Source: the human T2T-CHM13v2.0 reference genome, Homo sapiens. From it: a DNA stretch of 64,000 nt. Within the stretch, counting starts at the first letter, position 1; every line of letters starts with the position of its first letter. The DNA lies in assembly GCF_009914755.1 (NCBI RefSeq), contig NC_060931.1; one strand, written 5' to 3'. The position numbers and the translations under genes were made by a program. Below the pieces are notes generated by a model, which searched no databases, was not told the DNA's origin, and worked only from the letters and a program-made list of their open reading frames with translations. Shown in pieces: positions 1 to 12,108 of the stretch.

Positions 1-2946
1 TCAGGGAGGAGGTGGGAAAGAGGACCTCTGGGGAAAGCAGCCAAGACACAATTCTTGTAGGTGTTATTCCAGAGAGCTCACTGCTTGCTGTGGATCCCAG
101 AGTGAACTGGAGAGAAAACCAGGGCCTGGAGCACCGGGGAGGGACCTCCATGCAGGACACGCTGGCCAAGCTTTGGAGGGACGACCCCTCTCCTTTCCTC
201 CTAAACCTTGGGGTGCCATGACAGAGGTAAACTATTGCTGATGTGGAGGGATTAGTGACTAGGAAACAAAGATCTGAGGTCTTTAGAAACAAAGTCACTT
301 GATAGATGGGGGGTGGAGAGAGAAGGAAGGAGGAAAATGGAAAAGAAGGCATGCTGTTCTTATACAGTTCATTCCCGACACTGTCTCAAGCATTAACACT
401 CTCATTACTAGATACTATTCTTCCCTGAGTGTTACACAGAGGTAAACTGAGGCCTGGGCAAGTCCAGGACAGACCCAATCGTACTGGAACAGAGTCTGCC
501 TCCGGACTCGCTGCACAGGCACACAGCAAAGCCTGGAAGCAACTCTGAAGATTTCCTCGATGGGGTCTTTCCTTCCTTCCCTGGAGCAGCCCAGGGGTTT
601 GCTTCACTGGCTGGGCCTCCTGTCTCCAGTAACTCCTGGAGTGAACACCAAAGTCCCCCAGCATCAAGACAGGGGCACACAACCAGGACAACTCTGACCC
701 TGGAGCCAGGGGGCTGTTTATTCCACCATGTGGCTGCTTTTTCCAACATGTGACAGATGTCACGATTATTCTGCCACCAAAGAGGCACCCTCTGCCACTC
801 CCCTAAAGCACCAACCCCAACAGACATGGCCTCAACCTAAACCCAACTCAGAGCAAAACACAATGGAAAACACACCTAAGCAATTCAATGGTGCCTTACA
901 AATGGAGTTACTCCACGGTTCTGGTTGCCTGAAACTGCTGGTTTATGTGTGTGGCCCAGGCAAAATATTAGCAATGCCCTCTTTTACTTTTTAAAACTCT
1001 TCCAGTTTGGAAAATAAATTCCAGGGTCTTCCTACTTGTGATGTACCTGGAAACCCATATATTATGGAATCTACATAGAGATGATGCTATTTTAGAGTAT
1101 ATACACCCATGACCACTATACACTCCTCACTCCCAACCCCATATCAACCATCCAGTAAACAAAACTCTCAACACCCCATTCACAACATGTAGCCATCAAG
1201 CTGTGCTCACAAAAAAAGGTATGCACTCCGCCACCAGTCATACTCTTACACTGCTAGTCACTACACAAGTCTCCCAATCATGGCAGATAGAGCTATCTCT
1301 CTTCCACTATTCGGGCCTAGACACGACTACACATATCTCATAATTTGGGGGAGCACTGGGACATATGCACCCACTTGGACATCCATCCAAATCAGCCTTC
1401 AGGGATTTTAAATGGAAAAGCCCCGGTTGCTGTAATGGCTACAACCTTGTAAGGACATGAGTCCAAGTTCATTAAGAAGCTGGGTACAGATGAACCCTGT
1501 TGCTGTTGTGATTAATAATCATAATAGACAGTCAGCTGGAGGGCTTGCCAGCTGTGCCTTCCAGGTCCTGGTTCTGGGATCCCCTCTCATCCACCAGTGA
1601 GTAATGGTTTGGTTTATTGGAAACTCTCTTTTCATTTTTTATGGCTTCAATTAAGCGATGGGGAGAATCCATCATGTAACCTTTTTGCTGCACTGCTAAA
1701 GACTTCCGGAGGGGAAAATATTTATCAAACCCCAAACCATCAGAGGAGAGACTGCGGTAAACCTAACAGGAGACTGGGGTGGCAGAGAGGTGACCGAGAT
1801 GGTAGGGAGGGGAGAAAAAAATATCCACACAGAGGTTTGATGCTTGGACAAGAGCCATACTCTCTGTAAAATATCTGCTTATTTCACAAATATCAGGCTA
1901 CTCCTCACCTCACATCCCATAACCACAGAAAGTACTCCACTGATTATGAGGGTGGCTAATTAATCAGCCCCCAGTCCCCAGTCATGTGGATTCCTATAGC
2001 CCAACAGGTTCAAGGTGGCAAGAAGAACAGAGACACTGGCAAGAGGCGTACGTATCATGAGAGGCATAGGATGTGCTATGAGTTCCATGGAAACATGGCA
2101 CCCACACGAAAACCTCCCACACACCTCATGGAACCCGCAATCCCTATATTGATAAGAATGCCAAAGGATCCATTTCCTAGTTGTAACTACAAATTCTTTC
2201 CAACGCCAAGGACAACAAATCCTCTCCCAAATCAATCCATTGGAATCCACAACCTCCTATCCTTGGCCCTACACAGGCCCCTACCCTTTCCCCGACCTCT
2301 ACCAGGCAGCCCTGCTGGTAAGCAGAGCCGTCTCTTATTCTGCCCTTCAAAGTATTCACACCCTAATCTTGGCCACTGGCATTAATCTTTCATTTGCTAT
2401 TTAGACATCTGATTCCTGGGGCAGGATTGAGAGATGTCCCTTGGGAGATCAAGTTGGCCAGAGGGGAGGTCCGAAGGGAGTTGGCGGCCTGCAGAGCAAC
2501 AAGGGCCTGCCTGGAATTAATGGGGTCATCGCCCTGCTCCCCATCGCCCAAAGGAGGAGGAGCCACAGCCAGAAGACACAGATGTCTGAAGAAATGAGAT
2601 TGCAGGTCTGTCTGCTTTATAAGACGTGTGTGTGTGCACGGGTATGTTCACATGTATGTGTGTGCGAGACCAGGGATATGGCCTCTCAGCTTGTGTCAGT
2701 GTAGCTGCTGTTAGGAGATTTGTATCTGCTCTGGTGCAGGGAACAGAGGTATCAGGAGAGCTGGGCAAACAGATAAGACTCAAATAAAAATGATACACAT
2801 GTGGGCCCTGGGAGACGGTATTGTCTCCATATGCTAACTAGTAATACTACAGGTTAGATAGTCAGCCTGCAAAACATAACTCTAATAGGAGATAGATGGT
2901 GGAAATACACTTCCCTTTCTCCCTCTTTCTCCTCCTCACTCTCAGC

Positions 2947-3140
2947 TAACCTTTATCAACACAAAGTTCCAGGGACTGTGCCAAGTGTTCTTTATTAATT
3001 ATTTTCATCAATACAGCAAACCCACAAGGTAGGACTATCAGTACCTGTATTTTACAGGTGAGGAAACTGAGGTCTGGATAGGTTAAGTAAACTGCCCAAG
3101 GTTCTGCAGCTAGTAAGTGGTCAAGGAGAATTCCAGCCAA
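2947..3140 (-). mobile_element. MIR SINE
   Basis: MIR core in reverse orientation: 'ttttacaggtgaggaaactgaggtctggataggttaagtaaactgcccaaggttctgcagctagtaagtgg'. Confidence 0.88.
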
Positions 3141-3243
3141 AGAAGTTTCACTACAGATACCAAATTTAACCAATGATTTAGGAAGAAATGAACAGATAAG
3201 TTTGATATAGACTAGAGAGCACTGGGGAAAGAATAGATTATAG

Positions 3244-3443
3244 CTATGCTGTCTGATAACCAGCTACTCGTGGTTCTTTAAAATTAAATTAAATTTAAGT
3301 TAGGTAAAATTTAAAATCTAGTTCCTTAGTCATACTAGCCACATTTCAAGTGCTCAGTAGTCCCATGTGGCTGGTGGCCACCAGAATGACTAGTGCAGAT
3401 ATGAATATTGCCATTTTTACTGAAAATTCACTAGGTAACACTG
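3244..3443. mobile_element. MER3 (hAT-Charlie MITE)
   Basis: Characteristic 'gttccttagtcatactagccacatttcaagtgctcagtagtcccatgtggctggtggccacc', about 200 bp with degenerate terminal inverted repeats. Confidence 0.8.
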
Positions 3444-4799
3444 GTTAGAGGATAAGGCTAGATGATGGCAAATAGAAACACTTTTCAGGATAACCAGCTG
3501 GAGGAAGGATGGCATTAACATGTGAGTTCTTCCCATCTAGAAAGGACAAGAAAAGGGTGAAGAGCAAAGAGGAGAACCTAGGGCAGCATGACATGGATCA
3601 ATTGGTTGCTGTTATTAACAAGTGAGACTTCAAGAAATGCCACAGAAGGAAGGGGCCTTGGAGATTAGCATATTCAACCTCTTTTCATACATTACAATAA
3701 GGCCAGTGACAACTGGGGAGGCCAATGGCCCAGGTCACATAGCCAGTTATGTCGAAGGCTCTTCCCATCCCACCCAGCCTGTCATTCTGGGTTTTTCCCA
3801 TCATCCTCATCCTTGATCCCTTCTGAGATGTGCACAGAAAATATCAGAGTACTCAGAGGTGATTTCCAACACGTCTTCACACTATTATGACTCCTGACAG
3901 GTAAATCACTAGCTGTATTGCTGCATCTTCCTTTCTTATAATGGCACAGGGCTGTCCAAGAATGAGACATTGAACATTTGTAAAATAGCAGCAATTGAAA
4001 AGATAAATGGCAAACCTGGAGTTTGGGAAGCAGCCCAGTAGGACTGTCTTCCTATTCAGTCTCAGTAAATACTTCTTGAATAAACCAATGGATGTTTGGC
4101 TGGATGGAAGAGTGGATGGATGACACCTAACAGTTCTTCAACCACTTTATGGACTAGTGCCCCATTCTCCCACCCCCATACTGTTCATCACAAACTCACA
4201 GTTGCTTCTCTACAAGCTACTAAAATGGAAAACATCTCAGCATGTGGAAAAATTCAACTGCATTTCAGATTCTAGTTAAAAAAAAAAAGTGACTATATCC
4301 TGCCATGCCTATATAAGTCCTGCAACGGAATGTTGCTGAATGCCTTCTTGTCTGCACTAGAAATTCACACTCTCTTAAGCTAAGTGTATGCCCACTCTAC
4401 AGGGACTCCCGCTTCCCCCTGGCCTCAAAGATCATTACCTACCTCTTTGCGTGAGGCCAATCCATCCTCTTGACAGCTCACTTACCACGGACCAGGGCTG
4501 TGGGGGAGCCTCTGACAGCCAGAGATGAAATGGCAGAAAGGGCTCCTTGTCTGGACATTCTTGGGCATCTCCTACCCGCCACATTATTGTCACCATGGCC
4601 AAGTGTGATCCCTGTGTCATGAGGCCTGCGCTTAGGATTGGGGCTGCCTCCTCTGCTTCTTCCTAGACCCTTGCTTCGTGGTTGTTCCCTCAAACTACAT
4701 ATTCAGTCACTTAAATGACGCAATTGTTTTGAGACTCAGTGAAAAATCTCAGGATATAGACTTTGTCCAGTAGATAAGGAATGAGGTAATGCTTTAGTT

Positions 4800-4917
4800 C
4801 ACAAATTCCTTGAGGGCAGAGATTTTATTTCTGTATCTTTTAAATCTGAATTCCCAGTGTACAGAAAAATGCCTTGCACAAAATAAATAAGCAATACAAT
4901 AGATTAATGAATGAATG
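4800..4917 (+). mobile_element. L2 3' end fragment
   Basis: 'ccttgagggcagagattttatt...gccttgcaca...aatgaatgaatg' matches the L2 terminus. Confidence 0.75.
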
Positions 4918-4929
4918 TATATATGTGTG

Positions 4930-5040
4930 TGAGGGAGAGAGAGAAGGAGAGAGAGAAAAAGACTGAAAAGGAGAGAGAGAGAGAAAGGGGGAGAGGTGGG
5001 GGAGGAGGGGAGAGGGAGAGACGGAGGGAGAGAGAAGGAG
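4930..5040 (+). repeat. GA-rich polypurine low-complexity tract
   Basis: About 110 bp almost entirely G/A, following the L2 tail. Confidence 0.9.
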
Positions 5041-6711
5041 CAGGAGATCAACAAATGCCCAATCTGTTACTCTGGTTTCTGCCTGGGCTGCTGTTATTTC
5101 ATCCCAGGAAAGCTGGTTTACTCTTTGGTCCGTGGGTCTCTGTTCTCTTTCTCTCTGGGCCCCCTATCTACCTCCTTAGTTTTGTGGGGAAATTGCTTTC
5201 TCTGCAACCACCTGGTCCTCTAAAGACTCTCTTCTTAGGTCACTTTGGTTTATTTGGACAAAACGCTTCTAATTCATTATTCCTCCTGTGGAAGACTTTT
5301 TGAGTTTATTTAGAACTAGCATTCTGGGCACTGAGTCTTAATGACCATCCACAGACAAGCACCTAGCCAACCAACCCCAGCTCTTTGCTGAGTCCTTCTA
5401 GACTCTTCTGCAGCTCTGGCACAAGCACTGCCCTTCTTGTTGCTGCTGTATGTTTTATCTTATTTTTTAAAAGAATGATTACACCCCTTTTCCAGGCTCT
5501 AAAGTGACCTGAACTCAGGAAAGGTTCTCCTCTCCATCCATCAAAGTTCATTCATCCCTCCCCCAAGTTTCTCCATGATTTCTACTCCAGTCCCTCAGAC
5601 TCCAGTGGCAAATTCACCTCAAATTTTTGGAGTTGTGATTGCTCCTGTTTTCCACCATAATATCAGGATTGAAACTTTCTGCTGAACATAGTTCCTTGGC
5701 CTCCCAAAACTTTCCAGATCAAGATGGATCCAGCCCAGCTTAGCTCTCAAGTCCTAGAATCCCCTGCTCAGACAAAGCATATCACATCCTAATGCTCTGT
5801 GTGGAGGGATGCCTATTGTTAATGTCTTTGAGAACATGAAGCTTGGCTAAGAACTGGTTCACAAACTCACTGCTTGAAATTCAACAGGCATCCTGGGCAC
5901 CGCCTGGAGAAAGGAAGAGGAAAGCAGGGAGCTCTGCTCAGATTCCATCTCTAAGACCAAGGCAGAGGCTTTGTAGAAATCAATGGTTTTCCTTCCATTG
6001 CAAAGGGGGCAACTGGCAGTGACGAGCAGAAGGGTGGAGCAGGGGGTGTGGGAAGAAGAACAAAGAGTAAGCAGGAGGGGAAGAAGTGAGAGGCAGAGGG
6101 TGTAACCATGCTCCCATCCTCTACAGATTCTTCCCCTTCACTTCCTCCAGGCCTGGATTCACTTTCTTTTTTAATGGCTGGGGCCAGTGATTTGTTCCCA
6201 TCGATCACTATTGATGTTTTTCAATTGTATCCGTGACACTTTTGGCAATATGTTTGTAAACACAGAGCCTTCTGGGATCTCACTTCTTGTCACCACGTAC
6301 AGGCACCGTCTCCTTGTCACTGAGTATTAGCTGTCAATCAAAGGGTTGGGAAGGGAGCTCTGTGTCCTTGGTCCTGGGACTTGCTTCTTTTTGTCTTTCT
6401 GCCTGGAAGTGAACATTCCTCATTCATTCCCAGAGGGAAAATGGAAACCTTCCTCTTTAAGTGGGAGAAAATTGGGCGAGAACAAGGAAAGGTTTCTACC
6501 TGGGGCCAGGCATCGTGTCCTGGGCAGAGGAAACCACAGTTCTTCTGGGGAGAAAAATGCAGCAGAGAATCTTGTACCCACCAGTTTAGCTTGGATCTGG
6601 GCTGCAGGAGCAGAGAACTGCTCCCTTGACCACAGGTAGCTGAGCAGCCTGCATCCAAATTTCATCCCAGATAACTGGGTGAACAACTAGAAATTTCCTG
6701 GGTTCACCTAG

Positions 6712-6975
6712 ACAAGGAGCTTTCCAACTTTTTTGATCAAGACCCATAAGTAAGATAAATAATTCAGCTCATGACTGAGAATACACATACATGCTTAATT
6801 GAAATAAAAGTTAAAGGAAATAAGAAAATATTTAAGGAGAAACACAGCCTTACAACAAGTGATACACTCTGATAGTTTCTGTCCATTCTTCTGTTTTTCT
6901 TTTTTGAATTCTGGTCATGTTCCATTAAGTTGATTCATGACTGCCTGCTGTGACCCACAGTTTGAAAAAATACTG
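6712..6975. mobile_element. MER112-like hAT-Charlie MITE
   Basis: 5' 'tttccaacttttttgatcaagacccataagtaag' and 3' 'tgacccacagtttgaaaaaatactg' resemble the MER112 consensus. Confidence 0.65.
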
Positions 6976-6983
6976 GACTAGAC

Positions 6984-7308
6984 CAAGGGTCAGCAAACTT
7001 TTCTGTAAAGGCCAGATAAGAAATATTCTCAGCTTTGCAGGCCATATGGTCTCTGTCACAACCACTCAACATTTCCGTTGCAGCATGACAGCTGCCACAG
7101 ACAATACATAAACAAATGAATGTGGCTGTGTTCCAACACAACTTTACTTATGTACAGTAAAATTCAAACTTCATGTCACTTTCATGGGCTATGACATAGC
7201 CTTCTTTTTTTTTTAAATCATTAAATACGGAAAAAAAATCCTTAGCTTATGGGCTGTACAAAATCAGAGGTGATCTGGATTTGGCCTGGGAGCCAGAGTT
7301 TGTCACCC
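6984..7308 (+). mobile_element. MER58B (hAT-Charlie)
   Basis: Terminal repeats 'caagggtcagcaaact' and 'agtttgtcaccc'; internal 'gcaggccatatggtctctgtcacaaccactcaac'; length about 325 bp. Confidence 0.85.
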
Positions 7309-7869
7309 TCTAGACCACACCACATCAACCAACGCTTGCAGCATGTTGCCAGTCCTTCTCTTCAAGGCTTCTGGCATCTACAAATAGGTGGGAGTGAGGG
7401 GATCCCCACCAACCTCTTCCACACCTGCCCACGAGTCAAGGTCAAGTCCACATTGCTCCTGTGCCTCTGTATTAGAGCATGAATTCTAATGTATTTAATT
7501 GATGGTCTCTGTTCCCCTGAACTGTGTCCTCCAAGAGGATGCACTTCTTGTATCACACGTTTCTCACTCTGCCTTGAAATGTCTCTTTGCTTGTCTACCC
7601 ATGGGACTGTGATCCAGTAGATTCCTGAGCTGCTGGTCCAGGGGACAGCAAGAGAGCCTCTGCCCTTTCTAATACTTTTCTTGGCTCATGCATAGAATCT
7701 ATGGCTGGGCTCATCCTCTGGTGCTCCTTGGTACCTAGCCTCAGGCTCCAGCCTCCACAGCCTCCTCAGCTAACTAAAGCCACAGGGCTCCCACCTGCCC
7801 CACAGGTGCCTCTGCACAACAAAAAGTTCTTTGCCTTTAAGCACCTGAATAGGAAGAAGAACACTCAGT

Positions 7870-8585
7870 TCTTTTCAAATTTACATTTTAACAATTTTTT
7901 TAAGTGTAGAGTTAAGTGGTGTTAAGAACATTCCCATTGTTGTGCAACCATCACCACTGATATGGTTTGGCTGTGTCCCCACTCAAATCTCATCTTGAAT
8001 TCCCATGTTTTGTGGGAGGGACCCAGTGTGAGGTAATTGCATCATGGGGGCAAGTCTTTCCTCTGCTGTTCTCGTGACAGTGAATGAGTCTCACGAGATC
8101 TGATGGTTTTAAAAACAGGAGTTTCCCTGCATGCACTCTCTTCTCTTCTCTTGTCTGCCACCATGTGAGATGTGCCTTTCACCTTCCTTCCACCATGATT
8201 TTGAGGTCTCCCCAGCCATGTGGAACTGTAAGTCCAATAAACCTCTTTCTTTTGTAAATTGCCCAGTCTCAGGTATGTCTTTATCAGCAGTGTGAAAATG
8301 GACTAACACAACTGCCATCCATCTTCAGAACTTTTTCATCTTCCCAAACTAAAACTCTGTCCCTGCTAAACTCTATGATCCTATTCCCCTGTCCCCCAGC
8401 TCTTGGCAACTACCATTTTACTTTCTGTCTTTATGAATTTGACTACTCCAGGTACTTTATGTAGGTGGAATCATACAGCATTTGTCCTTTTGTGTCTGGC
8501 TTATTTCACTTAAACCTCATGTTTTCGAGGTTCATCTACATTGTAGCATGTGTCAGAATGTCCTTCTTTTTAAAGGCTAAATAAG
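7870..8585 (-). mobile_element. L1MB-type LINE-1 3' fragment, interrupted by THE1B
   Basis: 'ttgttgtgcaaccatcacca [LTR] ccatccatcttcagaactttttcatc...ggtggaatcatacagcatttgtccttttgtgtctggcttatttcactt'; flanked by the direct repeat 'agaacactca' (7858-7867 and 8586-8595). Confidence 0.85.
7958..8310 (+). mobile_element. THE1B solo LTR (ERVL-MaLR)
   Basis: Starts 'tgatatggtttggctgtgtcccc', contains AATAAA, ends 'gtgtgaaaatggactaacaca'; 5-bp TSD accac/actgc. Confidence 0.92.
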
Positions 8586-8789
8586 AGAACACTCACTTTT
8601 AAAAGGTGGTTCCCAAATTGCCCTAGAATGTAAGAGGAGTTTTAACATATGACATTGACAACAAACTCTCTTCATCTCTTCCCCAACAATACCAAGGATG
8701 GATCTCACTCCATCTTCTTATCATCACTCTGCCCCTAGAAAATTCCCCCGTTCTGCTCACCCTCTCTGTCTTCTCTACTATGGTGTCAG

Positions 8790-9015
8790 GGCAACCGAGT
8801 GGGCTTTATTTATGGCTGACATCCCTGAATTTAAATCTTAGCTGCTTCTTTACTTTATTGCTAAAGTTTTTTTTTTTTACCACAGCTTCAGTTACAAAAC
8901 AAAAATAACTACCTTCTATATAATGACTGTTGTGAAGAAGAAATAAGATGAAAGATACAAAATATCAAACACAAAACTTACAACTTAGTGCTCAAAATGG
9001 TAATTATTATTATTA
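8790..9015 (+). mobile_element. MIR SINE (degenerate)
   Basis: 'cttcagttac...ataactaccttc...tgttgtgaagaagaaataaga...tagtgctcaaaatggtaattattatt'. Confidence 0.55.
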
Positions 9016-9994
9016 TCCCAATTAATAATGTTTTCCAGGGTCACAGTCTGGTCCTAGTATCCCAAATAAACCCTAGAGATCCCCAAGAGCATCCCAGAAC
9101 CTCTTTTTTGAGACACCAATTTAGTTACCAAGAGTATCGCAGTGGGAACCCCAGCTTAGAACTGAGATGTCAAATACATCACTGCTTCGCTGCAACCCTG
9201 GGCAAGCCAATGTCTTTCTGTATTCTTCACCCTCCTTGGCTGTGAAATAGATCAAATGATGCTTCTAAAATTCTCCCAACAATGAGGTAATGTCTTCAAA
9301 GTGCCCTGAGCCTTTCACAGGGAAGTCGTTGTCAAATAGACACCTGTAGTCACAGAAAAACGGTTATACTCTGGGAATGATTTGCTCAGTTGGTTACCGA
9401 ATGGTCTGAGTCTATGCCTTATGCAAGCCCCACCCTAGGAGCTGGAAAACAAGGGTGAACATGTGAGCCCAGCACCCTCCTTCACCCTGTATGGCTCTGC
9501 ATGGATGGGATGCAAAGAATCTGACTTCCTGCAGAACAATGGGTGCCTTACCCAGACAGAACTGATCTCTCACCTCAGAGAGCAAGAGGGGAGAAGATGA
9601 ACATCTATTTGGGATCTACTGGGTCCCTCCAGATTTTCTACAGCCACAACGGCATTTAATTCTTCCCATGTATGTGCACACACAGAGAAGCACGGAAGGA
9701 TATGCAACTTACCCAAAGTCACACAGCTGGTGCATCATTAAAGCTGAGATCAAAAGTACGGCTGCCGACTTCCAAAATCCATGAATGTGCCACCCTTCCA
9801 AGCAGCCATGCTAATAGGGGCCATCGTAATTGTCCAGCAGTAATTCATCCAGAGACAGATTCGTGTTGGCCATATCTAATGGCCTGGCTCTCGGTCCCCT
9901 TCTGTCTCCTTTATGACTCAAGCTAATTCACGATGTGCTTAGTCAGATGTCCAGTTGCCAGTTTATTGTCTATTAGGTTTGCAGAGGGAAGGGA

Positions 9995-10140
9995 AGTAAC
10001 ATTTGCTGAGCACTTTCCAAGGCCCAGGCCCTGTTCCAGGAGCTCCTGGCCATACATAATCTCTCTTAATCCTCATAATATCCCTATAAAGGGGGTATTA
10101 TTACCCCACTGGGCAGAGGATCATAAAGATTAAGTAACTC
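9995..10140 (-). mobile_element. MIR SINE fragment
   Basis: 'taacatttgctgagcactt...ccaggccctgttc...cttaatcctcataatatccctataaag...attattacccc'. Confidence 0.7.
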
Positions 10141-11979
10141 TGGATAACCCCAGAAGATGGACAAACGTGCTGGCCTAGCACCTCGGGAAACCTCTGAAAG
10201 CGAGATCTGCCAAGCAAAGCCTCCCACAGCCGAGGGAGCCAGGCTTCTCCACCTCATCAGAGGCAGAGAGTCAAGGGAGAGCAGAATGGATGGTGTGGCA
10301 GGTTCTGATTAAGAACATTCATCATCCCTGCCCCGCTAGCCCCTTGGGGTGGCATGGAATTCGTTACACGACTCCTGAACCGTGTTCATCCTCTCCAGCC
10401 TCCTCCTGTGCGAACACCGTGGAATTAGCCAGGAGGGGTAGCAAAGAAATCAGATCTGCCCTGCGGAGGCTCTGCATTCCCAGCACTGTGCTGGGTACTT
10501 TGCATTGCTCATCTTTCACTTTTACATCAATCAGATTTAGTCCATATTTCTATTTTGCACAATTCATGTTATTATTTCATTTAACTTTTCCCAACCTGCC
10601 AAAGCTTACGTAGTGAAGGGACGCTCCCAAGTCCACTCAGCTGGGAAGTGGAAAGCTAGGATCTAGGCCCTGTTCTGTCCTCCCTCAGGGCTCCAAACAA
10701 TCTGTCACACTGCAGCAGAGAGAATGAAGGGGTTTCCCTCTTCCCATTTTGCTGATGGATAAACTGAGTCTGAGAGCAGGAAGTTGCAGAGAGCTGCAGA
10801 GATTTGGGGCCAGAATATCAGTCACATGTATGCCCATCCAGCTTTTCTAGAGATGGTCATGAAGCCAAAGAGGGGAAGTGACATCCTTAATAAAAGCTCA
10901 TTTCAGCAAAAAAGCTGAGGAATCTGTTTAATTGATCATCACTCCTCCCTTCCACAACAGCACAGGGTTTTAAATGGGACTGGGCTCCCTGTCTGGAATT
11001 CTACTCCTCCCTGAAATGATCCGATAACAACAGAGCTGATTGTGACTGGTCCTCCCTCCCCTTCTCTCTCCTGCAGAATGTTTTTCTTCATCCCTGTTTT
11101 GTGTCTTCGTAATTGCGTTACTCACATAGCAACACATGGGGATGGCCACACTACAGCCACCACCATCGGGGCCACAAGGAGAAAGCAACAGCATTCTAGG
11201 AGAACGCACCACTCCCCATCAGGCCCCCTTGAACCAGGCGGGGCTGCATGGAGGTCAATGCCTCTCAGGGCTGCCCTCCCCTCTGGATCAGCTCCCAGAA
11301 CATGCCCTTTGCCTCTAACCACGAGCAGGGGTCACCTGAGGCCCTTGATTCTAGCCCCACTTTAGCTTTCCCACAGAGAAGGCTGAGACGTTGAAAGGCA
11401 TGAGCCCACGCCTCCTCCTCGCCAGGGTCTCAGTGACTCCCCAGCCCCAGGAAGAGGAGCAGGGAGCCCCTCACCCAACATCAGGCCCATGTCTTGGAAA
11501 CGCAGGGGTTGTGGATTCACATGCTGGTGCTGCTGGTCTGCCCCCCGCTCCCTGGCCTGGGTTTTGCTCCATCTCTGAGCAACTTTTGGAAAAGAGGCAG
11601 ATCTAGGAAATCCATACCAAGTCCCAATATACTCTATGGCTGAAGGGGCTGAGGAGGGAGCTCAGCTGGAGAGCCCTGGCCCAGGCCCACAAGACAGTAG
11701 AGGGGGCACTGCTCCTTGTGGACGTCCAACCAGGCTGATGTCGTCTTCATCCTTCTGTAGGGACCAAAATCTTGGTGGAACCCCCACCCTTCCTGGCAAG
11801 TCAGGAGGTCAGTAGAACCCCCCAGGCCAGCATTCCTTTCCCAGCCTCATTCCTGCCCAGGGCTCCCTGTGACCTGCCCCTCCCCCATGTGAGGACACTA
11901 TACACCCTGGATACTGTCCCCTTTCCATTCCATTTGTAATTGTCCCTGGCAGAAACAGCCTCCCTCAAATGGTGAATTC

Positions 11980-12108
11980 TCACATAAATGTTTGGGGTGA
12001 TGCATATCCCAGTTACCCAGATCTGATGGTTACACATTACATACATGTACCAAAACATCACATTATATAATCAATAACAATTTTATACATAAATAAATAG
12101 GAAAAAAA
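11980..12108 (+). mobile_element. L1MA-type 3' terminal fragment
   Basis: 'ataaatgtttggggtgatgcatatcccagttacccagatctgatggttacacatt...aaacatcaca' followed by an A-rich tail. Confidence 0.8.

Noticed and set aside
1984-2385. 133-aa ATG ORF in a C/A-skewed stretch; considered as NUMT, retrocopy or LTR
   Set aside because: No recognisable mitochondrial or protein similarity, and no poly(A) tail or TSD; a BLAST/Dfam search would be needed.
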